Source of the DNA: an uncultured Eubacterium sp.
GTDB lineage: Bacteria; Bacillota; Clostridia; Lachnospirales; Lachnospiraceae
NCBI GenBank assembly: GCA_910584875.1
Contig: CAJUDA010000018.1
Location: 921-64,920, forward strand
Reading direction: 5' to 3'
Length of the DNA: 64,000 nt
Positions within the stretch are counted from its first letter, which is position 1. Each line of letters opens with the position of its first letter. The notes beneath the pieces were generated by a model. The model saw only the letters and a program-made list of their open reading frames with translations. It did no database searches and was not told the origin of the DNA. The position numbers were made by a program, and so were the translations under genes. This document shows positions 1 to 6,888 of the stretch, piece after piece.

Positions 1-8
1 GAAGGGAA

Positions 9-83
9 TCATATTCCATCAACTCCATTTTCGATAATATAGCAGTTACCGTTTCCACACTTTATTCTATGAATTTCGCTCAT
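9..83 (-). pseudogene. N-terminal fragment of a probable MBL-fold metallo-hydrolase, stop after 24 codons
   Basis: AGAGGAG RBS, then ATG..MSEIHRIKCGNGNCYIIENGVDGI-TGA. This resembles the 'NCYLI...ILVDTG' start of MBL-fold proteins and stops just before the DTG motif. Confidence 0.5.
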
Positions 84-115
84 CCTAATTCTCCTCTAAG
101 TTTACTTCACGGTCC

Positions 116-465
116 TTATAGTATTGAATCCCTGTAAAAAGCAATCTTATCGTCCAGATTGCTTAGATATTCTGCCCATTTCTTCTGCTGCTCCAGCACA
201 TACTCCCTGTGCTTTTCAAGCATTTCCAGACGTTTCGGCATGGTAGTATTTCCTTTATACTGCAGCCTTGAATATTCCTTAATATCCTTTAGCAGCATAC
301 CAGTGTCTTTCAGGCGTTTGATAAATTTTTCCATTCCATATCGCTTTCATCATAACAGCGTCTGCCGGCATCATCCCGCCTTACCCGGATCAATCCTTTC
401 TTCTCATAATACCGCAGAGTATATTCACTGATCCCGGCTGCTTTTGCTATCTCTCCAATCCTCAT
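116..465 (-). pseudogene. MerR-family transcriptional regulator, frameshifted near 325-335
   Basis: RBS AGGAG and ATG at 465 give MRIGEIAKAAGISEYTLRYYEKKGLI..DAGRRCY (MerR HTH). The C-terminal half (KFIKRLKDTGM..LDDKIAFY) is in another frame. TGGAAAAATTTATC looks like TGG ATA AAA TTT ATC lacking one base. Confidence 0.8.
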
Positions 466-786
466 AAAAATCACTCCTGAAAAAGTGATAGATACATTTT
501 TGCAGTGTATTCCATATACAGGATTTCCAAAAGTGTTAAATGCTGTATTTGCGGCTAAAAAAGTGTTTGCGGAGAAAGAATTCTTGTAAAACAGACTCTC
601 ACACATCTTTTTAGTTACTTAGTTTATAATATTTTATGAATAGATTTTTTCACTATATATCTATTCTTGCATTTGGAATACCGCTTTTCTAGAAATATGA
701 AAAACGGTAAAAGCATAATTCTCTTCTCCCTAATGAAACACAGATTTTAAGACAATTAAAACTTCACAGATTTCCAAAAGTCAAAT

Positions 787-823
787 ACCCCTATAAATGA
801 CATTTCTCGCCACTTACAGGGGT
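787..823 (-). repeat. Imperfect inverted repeat (15-bp stem), copy 1 of the att-adjacent hairpin
   Basis: ACCCCTATAAATGAC-N7-GCCACTTACAGGGGT; all 3 mismatches are G-T pairs on the minus strand. Confidence 0.75.
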
Positions 824-863
824 TTTCTTATTCATAAATTTCTTAATCAGATTTCACTTACTG

Positions 864-878
864 CATCTGCTTTGCGAA
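864..878. repeat. Direct repeat CATCTGCTTTGCGAA (putative att core, tsf-like 3' end)
   Basis: Identical to 3206-3220 and 1 mismatch to 3149-3163; the minus strand reads F-A-K-Q-M-Q-stop. Confidence 0.8.
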
Positions 879-952
879 TTATTTAATTTGATATAGTAAC
901 TTTCCTGAAAAACCGGCGTTTTTCCGTTGTTTTCTCTTGGTGGAATTTACGG

Positions 953-1062
953 TTGACCAATTTTTTGATTGGTCAGGTTCTTTTGCCTGTTTTCTGCCTG
1001 TTATTTCTTTGTCTGAATTGGTCAAAACGGAAAGTTGGTCAGATAGGTTCGGAGTTGGTCAA
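953..1062. repeat. Cluster of five TTGGTCA motifs (one inverted), resembling integrase arm-type sites
   Basis: TTGACCAA at 953-960; TTGGTCA at 969, 1018, 1035 and 1055. Confidence 0.65.
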
Positions 1063-1085
1063 GTTTGCATTATCACTTTATCAAT

Positions 1086-2108
1086 TTAATCCTTATCCTC
1101 GTTCCACTGATTAATTACTTTTTCAACTTCTGCAATCAACTGTTCCTTATCCGGTATGTAATACGTGTATTTTGAAGCAAAAATGTTGCTTGATAAACCA
1201 CCTAACGCATATTCTGCTGCTAGTGCATCTTTATCAGTACAAAGAATAATACCAATTGGTTTGTTATCACCCTCGTCATTTACTTCATTTTCATAATAAT
1301 TCAGATACATATTCAATTGACCAACTGCTTCTGGCATTAACTTTGATGTTTTCAATTCTATTATTACATACGATTTTAGTGGTTTATTATAAAATACCAT
1401 GTCTGCAAAATAATGTGTATTATTTATGGTTATTCTTTGTTGTGTGCCAACAAACATAAAGCCCCGCCCTAATTCCAATAAGAATTTTTCAATCTGTTGT
1501 ATCAATGCCTTTTCCAAATCACTTTCCATTATCGGCTTATCTTCCGGAATCCCTAAAAACTCAAATACATATGGGTCCTTTATGATATCCTTTGGTTCGG
1601 CAATTTCAATCCCTTTTAATGATAAATCTAATACCTGTTGCTTATTAACATCTCCTTTTGACAGCAGTAGCCGTTCATACAGCGAAGTACTAATTTGTCT
1701 TTTTAATTCTCTAACAGACCAGTTTGAATTAATCGCTTCTTTCTCATAAAAACTTCTTTTATCCTTATCTGCAACAGATAACAGTTCACAATAATGAGAC
1801 CAGCTCAATTTGCCAGACACTGTCTGGCAATTCTCATAGCTTAAATAAAATGCCCTCATATTTTGCAGATTTGAACGAGAAAAACCTTTACCAAATTCAT
1901 TAGTTAATATCTTTGACATCTGTTTTAATGTCTGTTCTCCATATTTTGCACGTATATTATCATTCTGTTCATAACGAACGATAATCTCTCCGATTTTCCA
2001 GTACGAAACAATCAATTCATTATTTACTTCTCTTGCTACGTTCTTTCTTGCCTCATCAAGAATTTCTCTGATTTCTTGAATAATTGGGGTTATTATTGAA
2101 TTATTCAA
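1086..2108 (-). CDS. YhcG/DUF1016-family PD-(D/E)XK nuclease-domain protein
   Basis: Motifs YWKIGE, GKGFSRSNL, LSWSHY, WSVREL, KDPYVFEFL, FLLELGRGF, D..IIELK, GQLNMY, PIGIILC; TTG start with GAAAGGAG RBS. Confidence 0.92.
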   Translation of the reverse strand: MNNSIITPIIQEIREILDEARKNVAREVNNELIVSYWKIGEIIVRYEQNDNIRAKYGEQTLKQMSKILTNEFGKGFSRSNLQNMRAFYLSYENCQTVSGKLSWSHYCELLSVADKDKRSFYEKEAINSNWSVRELKRQISTSLYERLLLSKGDVNKQQVLDLSLKGIEIAEPKDIIKDPYVFEFLGIPEDKPIMESDLEKALIQQIEKFLLELGRGFMFVGTQQRITINNTHYFADMVFYNKPLKSYVIIELKTSKLMPEAVGQLNMYLNYYENEVNDEGDNKPIGIILCTDKDALAAEYALGGLSSNIFASKYTYYIPDKEQLIAEVEKVINQWNEDKD

Positions 2109-2262
2109 ATTGGCGAACTCCTTTCAAAATTTACAGAAATCTGTATGGTATTTCCAAGTTATAGCGAAGTTTGAAATCCCGGTCATTGATGACTGGATTG
2201 ATGAAGCTGAATTCCCACAGGGATGATCAAGGCTTACAACCTGCTCTGTCAAATGCGTCCGT

Positions 2263-2925
2263 TTAATTTTCATAAAACCCATATCTTTGGCATATTTCAT
2301 GGACAGTTATAGCAAAAATAGTTCTTGAATGTATATTCGGGTTATTATTTTTGTTTTTCTTTTCAATGTACAAATCCCTCATGATTTTCCACAAATCGTT
2401 CTCTTTAATCCAATCAATTTTATCTGGCAGCATATAATATCCATCCGGCTGTTCACACCATGTATAGTTTCTGTACGACTTATCATAATGAATATATCCC
2501 TGACCTTCATACCCGTCATCGTCAATGTAATTATTTATGATTGCAAAATCACAGCTATGTAGGATGCTGGAGTTTTTTCTGTACTTCATTTTGATTGTCA
2601 GTACACGCGTAGAATCCTCCGGGAAATCATATCCGTATTTTACACAAACAGTACCTATTGCATTACGAAGAATATCCTTTAGTTGTTTGGGCGTATACCT
2701 GTGGTTGTCGTCATTAACCTCAATATTAAAATCAAAATCATAGCCCACATTTGATTTGGCATCATAGGTAATCATGTTCCGCTTATAACTACCCACCACA
2801 TCAAACCTAAATGTAAACTTTTTTCTTACTAGGTTCTGAACTTCTTTAACCATATTCAAAATATCCATATAAGCTCTTTTTACTTTTGGGTTATTCTTAG
2901 AAATAAAATAAAAATCATGTTGCAT
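2263..2925 (-). CDS. Small Pol-beta-superfamily nucleotidyltransferase (SMODS/CD-NTase-like), function unknown
   Basis: hGS motif (VVGSYKRN), DxD (YDFDFNI) and a third acidic residue on a later strand (SCDFAII); RBS AAAGGAG. Confidence 0.65.
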   Translation of the reverse strand: MQHDFYFISKNNPKVKRAYMDILNMVKEVQNLVRKKFTFRFDVVGSYKRNMITYDAKSNVGYDFDFNIEVNDDNHRYTPKQLKDILRNAIGTVCVKYGYDFPEDSTRVLTIKMKYRKNSSILHSCDFAIINNYIDDDGYEGQGYIHYDKSYRNYTWCEQPDGYYMLPDKIDWIKENDLWKIMRDLYIEKKNKNNNPNIHSRTIFAITVHEICQRYGFYEN

Positions 2926-2997
2926 AGCTTTACACTCCTTTGTTTTTCATTTATTCCCAAAAGCCTCCCATTCAGCATTAATTTACTAAATCATTAT

Positions 2998-3025
2998 ATT
3001 ATAACACCATCAGGATGATTATCAA
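2998..3025 (-). promoter_or_regulatory. sigmaA-type promoter for the nucleotidyltransferase gene
   Basis: TTGATA-N16-TATAAT with a TG extension on the minus strand. Confidence 0.55.
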
Positions 3026-3061
3026 GGCTTTTTGAAAATATTTGGTTTATCTAAATCCAAA

Positions 3062-3101
3062 AACCCCCGCAAATAGCACATACACGCCACTTACAAGGGT
3101 T
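3062..3101 (-). repeat. Imperfect inverted repeat (16-bp stem), copy 2 of the att-adjacent hairpin
   Basis: AACCCCCGCAAATAGC-N8-GCCACTTACAAGGGTT; all 5 mismatches are G-T on the minus strand; right arm nearly identical to 809-824. Confidence 0.75.
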
Positions 3102-3139
3102 CTCTTTCCTATCACAATTCACCTGATTCCGACAAACTC

Positions 3140-3228
3140 TTATGCATTCATCTGCCTTGCGAACTCTTTCTTCGCATCATAGGCTCGCCTCCGGCGAGAC
3201 TATTTCATCTGCTTTGCGAAGTTTCGCT
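3140..3228. repeat. Two tandem tsf-like 3'-end copies with small hairpins
   Basis: CATCTGCCTTGCGAA at 3149-3163 and CATCTGCTTTGCGAA at 3206-3220; palindrome CTCGCC-TCC-GGCGAG at 3184-3198; GCGAA..TTCGC hairpins overlap each core. Confidence 0.75.
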
Positions 3229-3240
3229 CCTGATAAATTT

Positions 3241-4170
3241 TTATCCGAGCTGTGCAGCCACCTCAGCAGCAAAGTCTTCTTCCTTTTTCTCCAGTCCTTC
3301 GCCAGTCTCAAAACGGATAAATGTTTTGATATTGATATTGACTCCCAGCTCTTTCGCTGTTGCCTGTACATACTGTCCTACGGACTGTTTGCCATCCTCT
3401 GCCTTGACAAATACCTGATCCAGCAGGCAGATCTCTTTCAGTTCTTTATTGATACGGCCCATCACCATACCGTTGATGATCTTATCTGCGGCATCCGGTT
3501 TCTCGGTCTTTGCCTGAGCGAAAAGAACCTCTTTTTCCTTCTCGATATAATCCTGATCTACCTCATCACGGGATGTGTATTTCGGAGACAGGGCTGCTAC
3601 CTGCATTGCCACATCCTTCAGACAAGCCTTCACTTCATCTAAATCACCGTCCGTCTCTGCCGATACGAGAACACCGATCTTGCCTCCGGCATGGATATAA
3701 GATACGATCATGCCATCCGGCTGATCCAGTTTTTCAAAACGACGGATGTTCATGTTCTCACCGATCTTGGCGATCATATTTTTCAGGTTTTCTTCGACTG
3801 TCACAGAAGAATCCTCAATCCATGGTTCTGCCATAAAAGTATCCAGATCAGTAGCAGAAGTCTCTACTGCCTGGGCAGCAACTGCATTAACCAGATTCTG
3901 GAACTGCTCATTTTTCGCCACGAAATCTGTCTCTGAGTTTACTTCTACGATCGAAGCTTTCTTTCCATCTTCACTGACCTTAACGGCAACCATACCCTCT
4001 GCGGCGATGCGGCCTGCTTTCTTCTCTGCCTTTGCCAGACCATTTTCACGAAGCCACTCTACTGCCTTATCCATATCGCCGTCTGTGTTTGTAAGAGCTT
4101 TCTTACAATCCATCATGCCGGCACCTGTCATCTCTCTTAATTCTTTTACCATTGATGCTGAAATAGCCAT
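3241..4170 (-). CDS. tsf: Translation elongation factor Ts
   Basis: VKELREMTGAGMMDCKKAL, NSETDFVAKN, DFAAEVA; start moved to MAIS based on RBS spacing. Confidence 0.98.
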   Translation of the reverse strand: MAISASMVKELREMTGAGMMDCKKALTNTDGDMDKAVEWLRENGLAKAEKKAGRIAAEGMVAVKVSEDGKKASIVEVNSETDFVAKNEQFQNLVNAVAAQAVETSATDLDTFMAEPWIEDSSVTVEENLKNMIAKIGENMNIRRFEKLDQPDGMIVSYIHAGGKIGVLVSAETDGDLDEVKACLKDVAMQVAALSPKYTSRDEVDQDYIEKEKEVLFAQAKTEKPDAADKIINGMVMGRINKELKEICLLDQVFVKAEDGKQSVGQYVQATAKELGVNINIKTFIRFETGEGLEKKEEDFAAEVAAQLG

Positions 4171-4217
4171 TTTTTTCATTCCTTTCTATTGATATCCTTA
4201 CCTGTTCTGGCAGGTCC

Positions 4218-4964
4218 TTATTCTTCTGTCGTCTCCTCTGCCGCTGCTTCCTCTTCTTCAGCCGGAGCATCTGCCAGGGACTCGCCCTGATTTGCCTCGA
4301 TCACAGCGTCTGCCATCTTGGATACAATAAGTTTCACGGCACGGATCGCATCATCATTACCCGGGATCACATAATCCAGTTCCTCCGGATCACAGTTTGT
4401 ATCTACAATACCGATCAGTGGAATGCCGAGAATATGCGCTTCCTGGATACAGATTCTCTCTTTTTTGGGATCAACAACAAAGATCGCATCCGGGATTTCT
4501 TTCATTTCCTTGATACCGCCAAGATTCCTCTCCAGCTTTGCCCATTCTTTTTTCAGGTTGATAACCTCTTTCTTGGGAAGAACATCAAATGTCCCGTCCT
4601 CGGACATCTTCTCGATGGCTTTCAGCCTCTTGATACGGGTCTTGATCGTATCAAAGTTTGTCAGCATACCACCCAGCCATCTCTCATTTACATAAAACAT
4701 ACCGCAGCGCTCTGCTTCTGCCTTGATGGAATCCTGTGCCTGCTTTTTCGTACCGACAAAAAGAATCCTGCCGCCGTCTGCAGCGATCTCTTTGATCACA
4801 TTGTAAGCCTCATCTACTTTTCCTACTGATTTCTGAAGATCAATGATATAAATACCATTTCTCTCCGTGTAGATGTACTCTGCCATTTTAGGGTTCCATC
4901 TTCTTGTCTGGTGTCCAAAGTGAACACCTGCCTCCAGCAACTGTTTCATTGAAATAACACTCAT
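4218..4964 (-). CDS. rpsB: 30S ribosomal protein S2
   Basis: [37 protein letters not shown]. Confidence 0.99.
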   Translation of the reverse strand: MSVISMKQLLEAGVHFGHQTRRWNPKMAEYIYTERNGIYIIDLQKSVGKVDEAYNVIKEIAADGGRILFVGTKKQAQDSIKAEAERCGMFYVNERWLGGMLTNFDTIKTRIKRLKAIEKMSEDGTFDVLPKKEVINLKKEWAKLERNLGGIKEMKEIPDAIFVVDPKKERICIQEAHILGIPLIGIVDTNCDPEELDYVIPGNDDAIRAVKLIVSKMADAVIEANQGESLADAPAEEEEAAAEETTEE

Positions 4965-4984
4965 TACTTCATACCTCCGTTTGG

Positions 4985-5064
4985 TTTTTCTTCCACCGGT
5001 CTCACGTCTCTGCCAAAATCACCCATAAAAAGTGATCACCATGACAAAAATCAATCGGTGTGAT
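4985..5064 (-). promoter_or_regulatory. rpsB (S2) autoregulatory leader RNA, t44-like
   Basis: Long 5' UTR starting CACACCG and ending CCGGTGGAAGAAAAACC, with complementary ends, in the canonical position. Confidence 0.6.
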
Positions 5065-5081
5065 TTTTTTCAATCCGATTC

Positions 5082-5110
5082 ATTTTATCATAGTGACCAC
5101 TAAATTGCAA
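5082..5110 (-). promoter_or_regulatory. sigmaA promoter of rpsB-tsf
   Basis: TTGCAA-N17-TAAAAT with a TG extension. Confidence 0.7.
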
Positions 5111-5116
5111 GGAATT

Positions 5117-5740
5117 TTATTTACTTCTTGTAATAATTTTTGCAATTTCCTCGTAAGACGCTCCCACTGGAATCTTATAGTTACCTTCACGGATCTTGGT
5201 TGCATATCCGCTGTCAACCAGATACTGATCAAATTTTTTGTCATTCTGGAGAATGCCTGCTTCCTTCATCTCCCGCGCTACCGTGCTGGAGAGCAGCCCT
5301 CCCCGGACTTTAAAGCTCACACCTGACCCTTTGGCAGAATCCGGTTTTTTCGTCTCTGCAGGCTTTGCTGCTTTCTTCGGTTTATCCGTCTTTTTAGGTT
5401 TCGCTGTTTTTTTTGGTGACGTTGTATCCTTCGGCGGATCTGTCTGCGCCGGTATCGTTGTCGGATCTGGCGCATCGGTCTGATCCGCTCCTCCCGGGAC
5501 TGCCTCCTGTCCCGTCACCCCTGCCCCGCTGCCGTTCTGTGCCGGAACCGGTGTGTCTGTCGGCGCGATTTCATCGGGCTGTTCCGGGGACTGTGTCCCC
5601 TCCGGGAAAATCATCCCCAGCTCTTTTGCCTGTTCCACCACATTTTTATCCGATCCGGATGACCGGTAACTGATGCATAAAATTAATGCGCTGAGAATAA
5701 TACCTGTTCCCAGTCCGCGCAGAAAATACTTATATTTCAT
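5117..5740 (-). CDS. Membrane-anchored protein with a C-terminal YceG/MltG-N-like domain and a low-complexity linker
   Basis: N-terminal FLRGLGTGII TM segment, KKxxKP repeats, C-terminal 'FDQYL..GYATKIREGNYKIP.GASYEEIAKIIT'. Confidence 0.65.
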   Translation of the reverse strand: MKYKYFLRGLGTGIILSALILCISYRSSGSDKNVVEQAKELGMIFPEGTQSPEQPDEIAPTDTPVPAQNGSGAGVTGQEAVPGGADQTDAPDPTTIPAQTDPPKDTTSPKKTAKPKKTDKPKKAAKPAETKKPDSAKGSGVSFKVRGGLLSSTVAREMKEAGILQNDKKFDQYLVDSGYATKIREGNYKIPVGASYEEIAKIITRSK

Positions 5741-6540
5741 CGTCTCCTGCCTCCGTATAATGCCAGTACCAGCTGCACTTCACCCTGCCCGATATCCAGA
5801 GCCTTTGAAATCTCCAGCACAGACTTTCCTTCCCTGTGCATTTTCTGGATCCTGAGATTCATATCACCAGAAACATTTTTTACCGGCTCTGCCTGTTTTT
5901 CCGATACTGATGCCTTTTCTGGTGCCATTGCTTTTGCCGGTGCCGCCTGCTTTTCCGCTTTTATCACTGGCTTCTCTTGTGTTACTAGTTTTGCCGGTTT
6001 TGTCTGTCTTGCCGGCCGGGCTGCAGCTTCTGGAGATGCAGCTGCCGGAGGCGCTGCTGCCTCTGGTTTCACCACTGCCTGTTTCTTTGCCGGTTCCTTT
6101 CTTTTTGGTTCAGCCGGCTTCGGTTTTTCGCTTTCGCTTCTTACCTGCTTTACAACGGGTTCCGTAATGATCTTCTTTACTTCCTTCTCTTTCTCACTCA
6201 GCATATTATACATAAATACGACTTCCTGATGGTTGCTTTCGATCTTCCCCAGAAGCTGCTGGGAAAACTCATCCACCGCCATGATCTTGTCATTACAGAG
6301 ATGGTTCATCTGATCCTGTGCTGCGTCCAGCAGCTCATTCTGTCTTTCCTCCACAAGCTGGGTGACACGGTCCCGGATGATCTGTTCTTCTTTTTCCGTC
6401 CACACATTGGATGAACCTGGTGTCTCCCCATCATCCGGCTGCATCTCTTCCTTGCCTCTTGCCACAAAGAAACTCAGGCACACACAGGCAAAACCTGCAA
6501 TCAGCAGTATTATCTCCCAAGTCGTCATGTTTTCCTCCAT
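5737..6540 (-). CDS. Membrane protein with coiled coil and C-terminal HTH (DUF6115-like)
   Basis: N-terminal TM segment; C-terminal GKSVLEISKALDIGQGEVQLVL; ATGA overlap with the next gene. Confidence 0.7.
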   Translation of the reverse strand: MEENMTTWEIILLIAGFACVCLSFFVARGKEEMQPDDGETPGSSNVWTEKEEQIIRDRVTQLVEERQNELLDAAQDQMNHLCNDKIMAVDEFSQQLLGKIESNHQEVVFMYNMLSEKEKEVKKIITEPVVKQVRSESEKPKPAEPKRKEPAKKQAVVKPEAAAPPAAASPEAAARPARQTKPAKLVTQEKPVIKAEKQAAPAKAMAPEKASVSEKQAEPVKNVSGDMNLRIQKMHREGKSVLEISKALDIGQGEVQLVLALYGGRRR

Positions 6541-6557
6541 TCGCTCATGTATTATCC

Positions 6558-6866
6558 TTATACCATGATATCAAAACTACTGTCAGAACGCGGCGCCATC
6601 GGCGCCTGCTTCTCTTCCTTCTTTTTTTTCCCGCGCCTTCCGGATCTTCCTCCTGCTCCTCCTGAAGCAGAATCATCCAGATCATACTCCTCCGCTTCGC
6701 TTTTCTGCGTCTCTACGGTCTGGGATGCCTCCTGTTTCGTCATATTCTGAAACTGGATCGCAGGCTGGTCTGCTGCATGCTGTAACTGACTGTTTTCCCT
6801 TCCCTGCAGATCCGCAGCCTCCGCCGTACGCGGCAGCATCGTTGTTATCTCAATAGAATTGATCAT
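6558..6866 (-). CDS. Hypothetical protein of the flagellar operon tail
   Basis: RBS-preceded ATG at 6866; C-terminal FDI motif; tight operon spacing. Confidence 0.6.
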   Translation of the reverse strand: MINSIEITTMLPRTAEAADLQGRENSQLQHAADQPAIQFQNMTKQEASQTVETQKSEAEEYDLDDSASGGAGGRSGRRGKKKKEEKQAPMAPRSDSSFDIMV

Positions 6867-6888
6867 CCTGCCTGCCCCCTTTTCTATG

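Larger units (their letters stand above)
864..3163. mobile_element. Putative non-autonomous integrative islet at the tsf 3' end (no integrase inside)
   Basis: Flanked by 15-bp direct repeats, visibly AT-richer than the backbone, arm-like repeats at one end, a hairpin at the other, and accessory cargo. Confidence 0.55.

Noticed and set aside
320..340. Programmed -1 frameshift in merR
   Set aside because: G_AAA_AAT is not a canonical slippery heptamer and no stimulatory structure is evident; mutation or sequencing error is more likely
3140..3228. Tandem repeat with spacer read as a mini-CRISPR array
   Set aside because: Only two adjacent 15-17 bp copies and no cas genes or leader; better explained as tsf 3'-end duplicates
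1..3240. Prophage or IS element in the accessory zone
   Set aside because: No integrase, transposase, phage structural or replication genes are present
3177..3371. 64-aa minus ORF overlapping the tsf end
   Set aside because: Alternate frame of tsf running into the repeat region; no RBS or family resemblance
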